Shown here one piece after another: positions 9,792-18,745 of a stretch of DNA of 64,000 nt (within the stretch, counting starts at the first letter, position 1; each line of letters begins with the position of its first letter). A program made the position numbers and the translations under genes. The DNA lies in the NCBI GenBank assembly GCA_046290465.1, contig JBKAGP010000001.1:4544001-4608000 (forward strand). Direction: 5' to 3'. Source of the DNA: Planctomycetota bacterium. GTDB taxonomy: Bacteria > Planctomycetota > UBA1135 > UBA2386. The notes under the pieces are model-generated. The model saw only the letters and a program-made list of their open reading frames with translations, did not search any database and had not been told where the DNA came from.

Positions 9792-11537
9792 TTGCAGCTG
9801 ACCCTCGAACAACGCCTGCTGCGCTTCCTCGTCCGCGAAGAGCGCGACGAGCAGCGCGCCAACCGCGAGTTGCGCGCGCAGCCGACCGAGCTGCGCGTGC
9901 TCGAGGGGGAATGCATCGAGGGCGCCAGGTTCGTGCGCGAACAGGACGGCGGCTTCGTGTTCTTCGTCGAGGACAACGCGTCGAAGTTCCGTTCGGGCGA
10001 CCCGCTGCTGGTCGGCGACGGGCTCGATCTCGACGGCGCGCTGCCGCTGTCGTACGGCAGCTACGACGCGCAGACCGGCGAGCTGGTTTGCGAACTGGAT
10101 CCGTTCCGCCGCGACGTCGAACCGCAGTTCGAGGTCGACGCCGAATACGTGCTCGATCGCCGGCCGCTCGGCCTGCGCGGCCGGCTGCGCGACGCGGTGC
10201 GCGGGACGTTCGAGAACAAGATGCTGTCGGACGTGCTGGCCGGCCGCCACCAGGTGCGCGTCGACGAGGCGCGGCGCAAGCGGGCGCGCGCCTTGCTGGC
10301 CGAGTCCGAACTCAACGAGGGGCAGGTCGAGGCCGGGGCGCTGGCGATCGGCACCGAGAGCCTGGCGCTGGTGCAGGGGCCGCCGGGCACCGGCAAGACG
10401 CGGCTGCTCGCGTCGGTGATCGCGGCGCTGTGCAGCAAGACCTGCCGGATCGCGGTCTGCGCGTTCACGCATCGTGCGGTCGACAACGCGCTGCTGGCGA
10501 TCCGTCGGCTCGCGCCGGACCTGCCGCTCTACAAGCTGGCGTCGTCGTCGAGCGACGGCCGCGCGCAGCTGCGCGCCGCCAAGGTGCACCTGTCGGACGC
10601 GCGCCGTTCGCGCTTTCCCGAGCGCGGCTGCGTCGTGGCCGGCACCTGCTACCAGCTCGCCAAGCTGCACGAACGCGAACGGTTCCACTACACGGTGTTC
10701 GACGAGGCCGGCCAGCTGCCGATCCCGCACGCGCTGCCGGGCATGCTGCGCGCGCACCGCTGGCTGTTCTTCGGGGACCACCGTCAGCTGCCGCCGGTGG
10801 TCACCACCGCCGACGCCGACCGCGGTGCGGCGACGTCGATCTTCGAGCACCTGCACGAGCACTACGGTTCGTCGTTGCTCGACACGACCTACCGGATGAA
10901 CGAAGGCGTCTGCCGCGTGGTCAGCGAGACGTTCTACGACGAGCAGCTGCAGTCGGCCGAGGCGGTGGCGTCGCGGCGCATGCCGTTCGTGCCGGGCGGC
11001 CGGCTCGACGAGGTGCTCGACCCCGCTGCGCCGGTGGTGTGGCTGCGGCTCGACCACCGCCAGCCGGGCCAGCGCTCGACCGAGGAGGCCAACGCGGTCG
11101 CCGACGTCGTCGAGGACCTGGTGCGCCGCCACGGCGTGCCGCCGAAGGAGATCGCGGTGATCGCGCCGTTCCGTGCGCAGGTGCGGCTGATGCGTTCGGC
11201 GATCGAGAAGAAGGCGCTGACCGGCTTCGACGACCTGACCATCGAGACCGTCGAACGCATCCAGGGCCAGGAGCGCGAGGTCGTGGTGGTGTCGCTGGCG
11301 GCCGGCGATCCGGCCGAGTCCAAGAAGCGCGGCGCGTTCCATCTGTCGTTGAACCGGCTGAACGTCGCCTTGTCGCGGGCGCGCACCAAGGCGATCCTGG
11401 TCGGCAGCAGCCATGCGTTCCGCGCGCTGCCACCGGATGCGGACGGCCTGCGCATGGCGTCCCGCTGCAAGGAGCTGCGGGACCGGATGACCAGCGTCGA
11501 CCTGTCGCGCCTCTACGTGATCTCGAGCGAAGCCTGA
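9792..11537 (+). CDS. Superfamily 1 helicase, DNA2/NAM7/UPF1-like (AAA_11/AAA_12)
   Basis: QGPPGTGKT (Walker A), FTHRAVDN, DEAGQ, GDHRQLPP, YRMN, VIAPFRAQ, QGQEREVV, NRLNVALSRAR. Confidence 0.92.
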   Translation: MQLTLEQRLLRFLVREERDEQRANRELRAQPTELRVLEGECIEGARFVREQDGGFVFFVEDNASKFRSGDPLLVGDGLDLDGALPLSYGSYDAQTGELVCELDPFRRDVEPQFEVDAEYVLDRRPLGLRGRLRDAVRGTFENKMLSDVLAGRHQVRVDEARRKRARALLAESELNEGQVEAGALAIGTESLALVQGPPGTGKTRLLASVIAALCSKTCRIAVCAFTHRAVDNALLAIRRLAPDLPLYKLASSSSDGRAQLRAAKVHLSDARRSRFPERGCVVAGTCYQLAKLHERERFHYTVFDEAGQLPIPHALPGMLRAHRWLFFGDHRQLPPVVTTADADRGAATSIFEHLHEHYGSSLLDTTYRMNEGVCRVVSETFYDEQLQSAEAVASRRMPFVPGGRLDEVLDPAAPVVWLRLDHRQPGQRSTEEANAVADVVEDLVRRHGVPPKEIAVIAPFRAQVRLMRSAIEKKALTGFDDLTIETVERIQGQEREVVVVSLAAGDPAESKKRGAFHLSLNRLNVALSRARTKAILVGSSHAFRALPPDADGLRMASRCKELRDRMTSVDLSRLYVISSEA

Positions 11538-12811
11538 TGAAGTTCCTAGCCGCTGCCGAAGCCGTCCGCTGCGTCGCGTCGGGGCAGCGCGTGTTCGTGC
11601 ACGGTGCCGCGGCCACGCCACAGGCGCTGCTGCAGGCGCTGGCCGAACGCGCCGACGAGCTGCGCGACGTCGAGCTGGTCAGCCTGCACACCGAGGGCGA
11701 GCACCCGTGCGCCGCGCCGGGGCTCGGCGACAGCTTCCACGTCAATGCGCTGTTCCTGGGCGGCAACACCCGCGACGCCGTCGCGCGCGGCGACGCCGAC
11801 TACGTGCCGGCGTTCCTGAGCGAGATGCCGGGGCTGTTCCGAGACGGCGTGTTGCCGCTCGACGTCGCGTTGGTGCACGTCTCGCCGCCCGACAAGCACG
11901 GCTACTGCTCGCTCGGCGTATCGGTCGACATCGCGCGCGCGGCGGTCGACAGCGCCCGGGTCGTGGTCGCGCAGGTCAACCCGCACATGCCGCGTACGCA
12001 CGGCGACGGCCTCGTGCACCACAGCGTGTTCGACGCCGCGGTCGCCGTCGACACGCCGCTGCCCGAACACGCCTCGCGCCCGCTCGGCGACGTCGAGCAG
12101 GCGATCGGCCGCCACTGCGCGGCGCTGGTCGAGAACGGCGCGACGCTGCAGATGGGCATCGGCGCGATCCCGGACGCGGTGCTGGCGATGCTCGAGAACC
12201 ACCGGGACCTCGGCGTGCACACCGAGATGTTCTCGGACGGGCTGTTGCCGCTGGTCGAGAAGGGCGTCGTGACCGGTCGCCACGTCGAGGTGCTGCCGGG
12301 GCGCATCGTCGCCGGCTTCGTGATGGGTTCGCGCCGCGTCTACGACTTCCTCGACGACAACCCACGCGTGCGTCTGCGCGACATCAGCTTCGTCAACGAC
12401 CCCTACGTGATCGCGCGCAATCCGCGGGTGGTCGCGATCAACAGCGCGATCGAGGTCGACCTGACCGGCCAGGTCTGCGCCGACTCGATCGGCGAACGGA
12501 TGTGGTCGGGCGTCGGCGGCCAGATGGACTTCCTGCGCGGCGCGGCGTTGTCCGAGGGCGGCAAGCCGGTGATCGCGCTGCCGTCGCGCACCGGCAAGGG
12601 CATCTCGCGGATCGTGCCGACGCTCAAGCCGGGGGCCGGTGTCGTGACGACGCGGGCACACGTGCACTGGGTCGTCACCGAGCACGGCGCCGTCGACCTG
12701 CGCGGCCGCAACCTGCGACAGCGGGCGCGCGCGCTGATCGACATCGCGCACCCCGCGGCGCGCGAAGAGCTGGAGCGGGCGGCGTTCGAGCGGTTTCGCA
12801 AGCTGCCGTGA
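11537..12811 (+). CDS. Acetyl-CoA hydrolase/transferase family (4-hydroxybutyrate CoA-transferase-like)
   Basis: ATG overlaps the helicase stop. VSPPDKHGYCSLG, GATLQMGIGAIPDAV, HTEMFSDG, GVGGQMDF, VVTEHG. Confidence 0.92.
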   Translation: MKFLAAAEAVRCVASGQRVFVHGAAATPQALLQALAERADELRDVELVSLHTEGEHPCAAPGLGDSFHVNALFLGGNTRDAVARGDADYVPAFLSEMPGLFRDGVLPLDVALVHVSPPDKHGYCSLGVSVDIARAAVDSARVVVAQVNPHMPRTHGDGLVHHSVFDAAVAVDTPLPEHASRPLGDVEQAIGRHCAALVENGATLQMGIGAIPDAVLAMLENHRDLGVHTEMFSDGLLPLVEKGVVTGRHVEVLPGRIVAGFVMGSRRVYDFLDDNPRVRLRDISFVNDPYVIARNPRVVAINSAIEVDLTGQVCADSIGERMWSGVGGQMDFLRGAALSEGGKPVIALPSRTGKGISRIVPTLKPGAGVVTTRAHVHWVVTEHGAVDLRGRNLRQRARALIDIAHPAAREELERAAFERFRKLP

Positions 12812-12888
12812 GCTTCGTCGGGGCCGAGGTGCGGCGGCGGGCGTCCTGCTCTGCCGTGCTGCCGGTTCTACAGCAGTTCCCGCCTGCA

Positions 12889-12944
12889 GCAGGCTCGTCT
12901 CGGCAGGCTCGTTTCTAACGGCTCGTCTTTGCTGGCTCCGCCTA
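12889..12944. repeat. Degenerate 14-bp tandem repeat, about 4 units, core GGCTCGT
   Basis: gcaggctcgtctcg / gcaggctcgtttct / aacggctcgtcttt / gctggctccgccta, lying between convergent genes. Confidence 0.45.
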
Positions 12945-13043
12945 CAGCGCCCCGAGGGCCAGGTAGCCGGCATAGAGCAGCACGCCGAGCACCAGGCCGA
13001 GCACCGTCAGCTTGACGAAGTGGCGCACCGAGCGGCCGTTCAC
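12942..13043 (-). CDS. Putative 33-aa single-TM small protein coupled to ligA
   Basis: GTG start overlaps the ligA stop (GTGA). Encodes MNGRSVRHFVKLTVLGLVLGVLLYAGYLALGAL with host-like codons. Confidence 0.45.
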   Translation of the reverse strand: MNGRSVRHFVKLTVLGLVLGVLLYAGYLALGAL

Positions 13044-15052
13044 AGCTCTGCGAGGAGCTGCACGAACTCCTCTTCGGTGTGGATGCGCAGCCCGAGCTTC
13101 TCGGCCTTCGCGAGCTTGCTGCCGGCGTCGGTGCCGGCGACCACGTCGGTGACCTTCTTGCTGACGCCGCCGGCGGCCTTGGCGCCGAGCGCCTCGACCT
13201 TCTCCTTGGCCTCGTCGCGCGTCATCGACGACATCCCGCCGGTGAACACGAACACGCGCCCCGAGAGCGCGCCGCCTTCGACGCGCTCGGCCTCCTGCGG
13301 CTGCACGCCGGCCTCCTGCAGGATCGCGAGCGTCTGCTGGTTCTTCTCGAGCGCGAAGAACTCGAGCACGGCCTTGGCGACCTCGTCGCCGACGCCGTCG
13401 ACGGCCAGCAGCTCGGCGTTGGTCGCGGCGCGCAGCCGCTCGAGCGTGCCGAAGTGGTTGGCCAGGTCGCGCGCGGTCGACTCGCCGACGTGCCGGATGC
13501 CGATGCCGTTGAGGAACCGCGCCAGCGGCGGCTGCTTGCGCGCGTCGATCTGCTTCAGCAGGTTCTGCGTGCTGCGCTTGCCCCAGCGCTCGAGCTCGAG
13601 CAACTGCTCTTCCTTGGGGCGCAGCGCGAACACGTCCTCGACCGAACGCACCAGCTGTGCTGCGACCAGCTGCTCGACCTGCTTGGGGCCGAGGCCTTCG
13701 ATGTCGAGCGCGCGACGGCTGGCCAGGTGCACGATGCGGCCGACCAGCTGGGCGGCACAGTCGATGTTGTCGCAGTAGAGGAACTTGCCCTCCGGCTGCA
13801 GCGGGTTGCTGCACACCGGGCACGACGCCGGCGGCTGCGCCGGTCGCGAGTCGGGACCGCGTTCGTCGGGGAACACCCGCACCACCTCGGGGATGACGTC
13901 GCCGGCGCGCTGGATCTCGACGACGTCGCCCTCGCGCACGTCGCGTTCTGCGAGCAGCGCCCAGTTGTGCAGCGAGGCATTGCGAACGGTCACCCCGGCC
14001 AGTTCGGTCGGTTCGAGGTGTGCGACCGGCGTGACCGCGCCGGTGCGGCCGACCTGCGCGCCGATCTTCTCGACCCGCGAGCGCGCCAGCCTCGGCTTGA
14101 ACTTGTAGGCGAGCGCCCAGCGGGGCGTGCGCGAGGTCCGGCCGAGCTTCTGCTGGTGGGCGATGGCGTCGACCTTGGCGACCGCGCCGTCCATCTCGTA
14201 GGGCAGCTCGTCGCGCCGGGCCTCGAGCTCGTCGTGGTAGGCGTGCAGCGCCTCGAGGTCGTCGGCGACCGCCGACGGCTCGGCGACGGTGAACCCCCAC
14301 GCGGCCAGCTGCGCGCGCAGCTCGGTGTGGGTCGCGAACGCGACGCCCTCGACGTGGCCGACCGCGAACGCCAGGAAGTCGAGCGGCCGCCGCTTGACCA
14401 CCCGCGGGTCCTGCAGCTTGAGCGTGCCGGCGACGGTGTTGCGCGCGTTGCGGAACGTGCCCTCGCTGCTGGTCTCCTCGCGCCGCTGCAGCGCCGCGAA
14501 GCCGCGCTTGCCCATGATGACCTCGCCGCGCACCTCGATCCGCTTCGGGAACGGTCCCGCGCCGGCAAGCCGGGTCGGCAGGTTGCGGATCGTCAGCAGG
14601 TTGCGCGTCAGGTCCTCGCCGGTCTGGCCGTCGCCGCGCGAGAGGCCGCGGATCAGCACCCCGTCCTCGTAGAGCAGGTTGGCGCTGACGCCGTCGAGCT
14701 TCGGCTCACAGCTCCAGCGCAGCTCGGCGCCCTCTTCGAGCGCGAGCAGCTTGCGTGCACGCGCCACGAACGCGTCGACGTCGTCCGGCTGCATCAGCGA
14801 CTCGAGGCTGCCCATCTGCACGAGGTGGTCGTGCGTCGCAAACGATCCGCCCTTCTGCAGCGGCGCGCCGACGCTGCGGGTCGGCGAGTCGTCGGTGACC
14901 AGCTCCGGGTGCGCCTGCTCGAGGTTGCGCAGCCGCACGAACAGCTCGTCGTACTGCGCGTCGGTGATCTCGCTCACACCGTCGTTGTAGTACTGGTCGT
15001 CCGCCTTGCGGATGCGCTGGCGGAGTTCGTCGATCTCGTCTGCTGGGTTCAC
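13040..15052 (-). CDS. ligA: NAD-dependent DNA ligase
   Basis: EPKLDG adenylation motif, RGDG, EVRGEV, RNARN, PRWALAYKF, QVGRTG, Cys4 zinc finger, HhH repeats, C-terminal BRCT (GSKLAKAEKLG). Confidence 0.97.
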   Translation of the reverse strand: MNPADEIDELRQRIRKADDQYYNDGVSEITDAQYDELFVRLRNLEQAHPELVTDDSPTRSVGAPLQKGGSFATHDHLVQMGSLESLMQPDDVDAFVARARKLLALEEGAELRWSCEPKLDGVSANLLYEDGVLIRGLSRGDGQTGEDLTRNLLTIRNLPTRLAGAGPFPKRIEVRGEVIMGKRGFAALQRREETSSEGTFRNARNTVAGTLKLQDPRVVKRRPLDFLAFAVGHVEGVAFATHTELRAQLAAWGFTVAEPSAVADDLEALHAYHDELEARRDELPYEMDGAVAKVDAIAHQQKLGRTSRTPRWALAYKFKPRLARSRVEKIGAQVGRTGAVTPVAHLEPTELAGVTVRNASLHNWALLAERDVREGDVVEIQRAGDVIPEVVRVFPDERGPDSRPAQPPASCPVCSNPLQPEGKFLYCDNIDCAAQLVGRIVHLASRRALDIEGLGPKQVEQLVAAQLVRSVEDVFALRPKEEQLLELERWGKRSTQNLLKQIDARKQPPLARFLNGIGIRHVGESTARDLANHFGTLERLRAATNAELLAVDGVGDEVAKAVLEFFALEKNQQTLAILQEAGVQPQEAERVEGGALSGRVFVFTGGMSSMTRDEAKEKVEALGAKAAGGVSKKVTDVVAGTDAGSKLAKAEKLGLRIHTEEEFVQLLAEL

Positions 15053-15090
15053 CGGGCACGTTGGTATTGCCCTTTCGACGGACGGTCAAG

Positions 15091-16100
15091 CTACACCCCG
15101 GGCGACCCGCTGGTTTCGAACGAAAGCTCCAGCGGCGTGATCCGCATGCGCCCGTCCGTGCGCCGCGCGCGGCCCTCGACGAACTCGTAGACGGCCTCGA
15201 CGGCGTCGCAGGCGCGCTGGTAGCGGCGCCGGGCCTGGGCTTCGAGCGCGTTCAGGATGTCGGGGCTGCTCGCCAGGCCGGCGCGCACGACCTGCTCCCC
15301 GAGCTGCAGGTGGCTGCGGCCCTCGGAGCCGCGGATCAGGTCGGCCAGCCGGCCAGGATCGCTCGACGCGAAGTCGATCCGCAGGTCGCCGAGGCGGTCG
15401 GCCTTGTCGGGGTTGTCGGTGCCGTAGGACTGCACGCAGCCGCAGTCGAACTCGAACGTCAGCAGCTCGTCGGTCAGCTGCACGGTCAGCGTGCCGCTCT
15501 TGCGCACCCGCTCGACGAACTGGAACACGGTGCGGATCGGCATGCTCTGGTTGCAGCCGCACAGCCCGGAGTCGGTCGCGACGTCGGCCAGTTGGTGCTC
15601 GTCGTTCGCGGCAGCTGGCCCGCGGGCGTGCTCCGGGGAGCGCGACGCGTCCGGGTGCGCCTGCTCGTCTGGCTTCGCATGCTGGTCCGGCTCGTGCGGC
15701 ACGTCGCCGTGCGCCGCGGCGCCGTCGCCCCGACCGGGGGCCGGATCGCCGTGCACGTCGGCGCCGTCGGCCAGCTCGTCCGGGCACAGCCAGTCGGCCG
15801 AGTTGGTGATGGTGCTCGCCGCGACGGCGGCGCCGACCGTGCGCGGCAGCCCGATCGCCAGCGAGTCGGCCGGCTCCGAACGCACGCTGCCGCGCCCGAT
15901 CAGGTCCCGGATCGCCTCCGCCAGCTCGCGCATCCCGCCTCGATCCGCTCCAGGTCGCCGCGGCTGTGCTGGATGTCGATGCCGCGCATCGACACCTGCT
16001 CCAGCGTCTGGGCCAACACCGAGGCCAGCTCGATGAAGTTCGAGCAGTAGCCGTCGATCAGCGAGCTCACCGCAGCCGCAGGAAACTGTGCAACTTGCAT
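15091..16100 (-). CDS. DUF4388 (PATAN-like) domain protein with an apparent frameshift at about 15934-15936
   Basis: C-terminal VFQFVERVRKSGTLTV..RLGDL..LGEQVVRAGL..YEFVEG resembles DUF4388. The N-terminal ORF (MQVAQF..DLERIEAG) joins MRELAEAIRDLI if one G is added to GGG. Confidence 0.6.
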
Positions 16101-16222
16101 GCACTCCGGATCGGTCGACCCTGGTGTTGTTGCTTAACCCATTTGGCTACGTCGGAGGTGGCGAGATTTCGTACGAGGCCGGGGATCCGACGTCATGGGA
16201 GCCTGGGCCACTGCCGAGAATT

Positions 16223-16250
16223 CGCACATCGGACCGGAATCCGATGTGCG
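16223..16250. terminator. Stem-loop downstream of the DUF669 gene
   Basis: Perfect 11-bp stem CGCACATCGGA-ccggaa-TCCGATGTGCG; no clear U-tract. Confidence 0.45.
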
Positions 16251-16279
16251 TAGCGGAAAACCAGCAGTTCGCGGCTGGG

Positions 16280-16825
16280 TCAGAACGGGATCTCGTCGGT
16301 GTCGGGGGATGTCCCTCGGTCGTCGTCGGGGCCGTTCGCGGTGGAGCGGGCCTCGGAGGATCCGGAGCCAGACTCCGCTCCGGAACCAGACCTCGCTCCA
16401 GACCCGGACCTGGCCCCGTCCGCGACCTGGTCCGGATCCAGCGCGCGATAGCCGTCGTACGGGACCTCGTTGCGCCGCACGACGACGCCGAGCGAGTTCT
16501 CGTATTCGGCCGGTCGCACCGTGACCAGTGCGGTGCGGCCCTCGAGGTCTGCCGGGGCGATCTCGACCTTGCCGCGCGTCGGCAGGCCGAGCGCGCCGAG
16601 CACCAGCCGCGCGCGGGCGCGGCCTCGCGTGCTGAACACGAGGCTGTCCCACGCCGCCTGCTTGCCGACGTGTTGTCCCTCCTCGACCACGAGCCGCAGC
16701 GACCATCGCTCGTCGCCGGCCCGGGTCGTGCCGACCCGGGTCTCGGTGACGCGGCACAGGTAGGTGCCCGCCGGTACGGAGATGAAGTCGGAGACGGAGT
16801 CCTTGGCGTCGAAGTCGATTTCCAT
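16280..16825 (-). CDS. DUF669-like phage-type ssDNA-binding protein with SSB-like acidic C-terminus
   Basis: VPAGTYLCRV..T.AG.E.W.L.L.V.EG.H.G..WD.L pattern; Gly/Ser linker; C-terminus DTDEIPF resembles the bacterial SSB tip DDIPF. Confidence 0.7.
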   Translation of the reverse strand: MEIDFDAKDSVSDFISVPAGTYLCRVTETRVGTTRAGDERWSLRLVVEEGQHVGKQAAWDSLVFSTRGRARARLVLGALGLPTRGKVEIAPADLEGRTALVTVRPAEYENSLGVVVRRNEVPYDGYRALDPDQVADGARSGSGARSGSGAESGSGSSEARSTANGPDDDRGTSPDTDEIPF

Positions 16826-16967
16826 GTCTGTTCCACGAGTGTTGGCACAGGAACAGGGGCCCGGGCAGCGCGCCGGTGGCACGGAATCTCCGGAATCCGG
16901 AGCGGCTGCCGACTGCCATCGGCGGACGTCGGCCAGTACCCTTGCACCCGGAACCGAACCGAGCACC

Positions 16968-17855
16968 TTGGCCGAGATCTCCACGACGACCACGATCGAC
17001 CCCGCCCTGCGCGACCCACAGCACTACCTGTCGCTGGCGCAGCGGCACTACGAGAACTTCCCGGTCGGCTCGTGGCTGCTGCCGAAGCCGGCGCGCCGCC
17101 ACCTGCACCGCATCTACGCGTTCGCGCGCACGGCGGACGACCTCGCCGACGAGCTGCAGGACCGGGCGGCCCTCGGGGCGTTCCGCGACGAGTTCCTGCG
17201 GCACGAGGAGCCGACGGTCACCGACGTGCCGCTGTTCACCGAGCTGTGGGCATCGATCCGGGCGTGCCGCCTAGAACGGTCCTTGTTCACCGACCTGCTC
17301 GACGCGTTCGACCAGGACTGCCACCAGACCCGCTACTCGCGCCCGCAGCTGCTCGACTACTGCCGGCGTTCGGCGGATCCGGTCGGCCGGCTGGTGCTGC
17401 GCGTCTGCGGCTACCACGACGAACGGTTCGACGCCTGGTCGGACCACATCTGCACCGGCCTGCAGCTCGTCAACCACCTGCAGGACCTACGCGAGGACCT
17501 GCTGCAGCGCGACCGCGTCTACTTCCCGGTCGAGGAGCTCGAGGCGGCCGGCGCGTCGGTCGACGACCTGCGGGCCGAGCGCGCCAGCCCGGCGGTGCGG
17601 CGGTTCGTGCTCGACCAGGCCCAACGGGTCGGCGCCGGGTTCGCCGCCGGCTGGCCGTTGATCGGTGCCGTACGCGGCCGGCTGCGGCTCGAGCTGCGCG
17701 CGATCCTGCGCGGCGCTGCGGCCGTGCTGGCGCGGATCCGGGCGGTCGACGGCGACGTGCTCGGCGGCAACGTGCACCTCGGCAAGCTCGCGCGGGTGCG
17801 CACGGTGTTCGCCGGTCTGCTGCTGCCGACCGAGCCGCGATGGGGGACGCGATGA
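16968..17855 (+). CDS. hpnC: Squalene synthase HpnC (hydroxysqualene synthase)
   Basis: HYENFPVGS, IYAFARTADDLADE, YCRRSADPVGRLVL, ICTGLQLVNHLQD, DRVYFP. Start uncertain (TTG at 16968 assumed). Confidence 0.9.
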   Translation: MAEISTTTTIDPALRDPQHYLSLAQRHYENFPVGSWLLPKPARRHLHRIYAFARTADDLADELQDRAALGAFRDEFLRHEEPTVTDVPLFTELWASIRACRLERSLFTDLLDAFDQDCHQTRYSRPQLLDYCRRSADPVGRLVLRVCGYHDERFDAWSDHICTGLQLVNHLQDLREDLLQRDRVYFPVEELEAAGASVDDLRAERASPAVRRFVLDQAQRVGAGFAAGWPLIGAVRGRLRLELRAILRGAAAVLARIRAVDGDVLGGNVHLGKLARVRTVFAGLLLPTEPRWGTR

Positions 17856-18745
17856 GCCAGGTTGCCTCGCCGCGTCCGCCCGATGCCGACCTCGACCCGC
17901 AGGCGATCACGTCGCGGTCGGGTTCGAACTTCCTGGCCGGGTTCGTCGCTCTGGACGCCGAACGGCGTGAGGCGATGACCGTCGTCTACGCGTTCTGTCG
18001 CGTGGTCGACGATGCCGTCGACGACGCTCCCGACGTCGACACCGGCCGCGCCTGGCTGACGTTCTGGGGCGACCAGCTCGAGGCGGCGGCCGAGCGGCGC
18101 GCCAACGTCCCGGTCGGCGAGGCACTGCAGGCGTCGATGCAGCGGTTCGGGATCCCGGTGCAGGCGCTGCGCGAGCTGGTTGCCGGCTGCGCGATGGACC
18201 TCGAGCCGGACGGCCCGAAGGACGAACAGGAGCTCGAACTCTACTGCTACCGCGTCGCGGCGGCGGTCGGGCTGGCGTGCCTGCCGGTGCTCGGCGCCGA
18301 CAGCGAGGGTGGCCGGCGCTACGCCGTCGAGCTCGGCCACGCGCTGCAGCTGACCAACGTGCTGCGCGACCTGCGCAGCGACGCCGAGGTCGGCAGGGTC
18401 TACGTGCCGCGGACCTGGCTCGACGAGTTCGGGATCGACCGCGAGGTCCTGCTCGGCAACGCCGACGCGGCCCACTACGCACCAGGTGGCGGCGTCGCGC
18501 GGCTGTGCGAACGGCTGGCTCGTCGCGCGCACCAGCGCTTCGACGCGGCCCGGCAGGAGCTGCGGCGGCTGCCGCGTGCCGAGCGACGCGGGCTGGTGGC
18601 CGCGCGCATCATGGGCGCCGTCTACGGCGACCTGCTGCGGCGGCTCGACCGCCGCGCCGGCGACATCGTGGTGCCGCGCGTGCGCGTGCCGAAGTGGCGC
18701 AAGCTGTGGCTGGCGCTGGCGGTCTGGGCGGGGTTGCGGGCGTGA
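17852..18745 (+). CDS. hpnD: Presqualene diphosphate synthase HpnD
   Basis: ATGA overlap with hpnC. SGSNF, YAFCRVVDDAVD, YCYRVAAAVG, LQLTNVLRD, GRVYVP. Confidence 0.9.
   Translation: MSQVASPRPPDADLDPQAITSRSGSNFLAGFVALDAERREAMTVVYAFCRVVDDAVDDAPDVDTGRAWLTFWGDQLEAAAERRANVPVGEALQASMQRFGIPVQALRELVAGCAMDLEPDGPKDEQELELYCYRVAAAVGLACLPVLGADSEGGRRYAVELGHALQLTNVLRDLRSDAEVGRVYVPRTWLDEFGIDREVLLGNADAAHYAPGGGVARLCERLARRAHQRFDAARQELRRLPRAERRGLVAARIMGAVYGDLLRRLDRRAGDIVVPRVRVPKWRKLWLALAVWAGLRA

Noticed and set aside
16105..16140. Possible sigma-28 promoter (TAAG..ACCGAT) upstream of the DUF4388 gene
   Set aside because: Spacing is 17 rather than about 15 nt and the -10 match is weak.
16280..16825. Prophage around the DUF669 gene
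   Set aside because: No integrase, terminase, capsid or other phage genes; the flanks are housekeeping loci.
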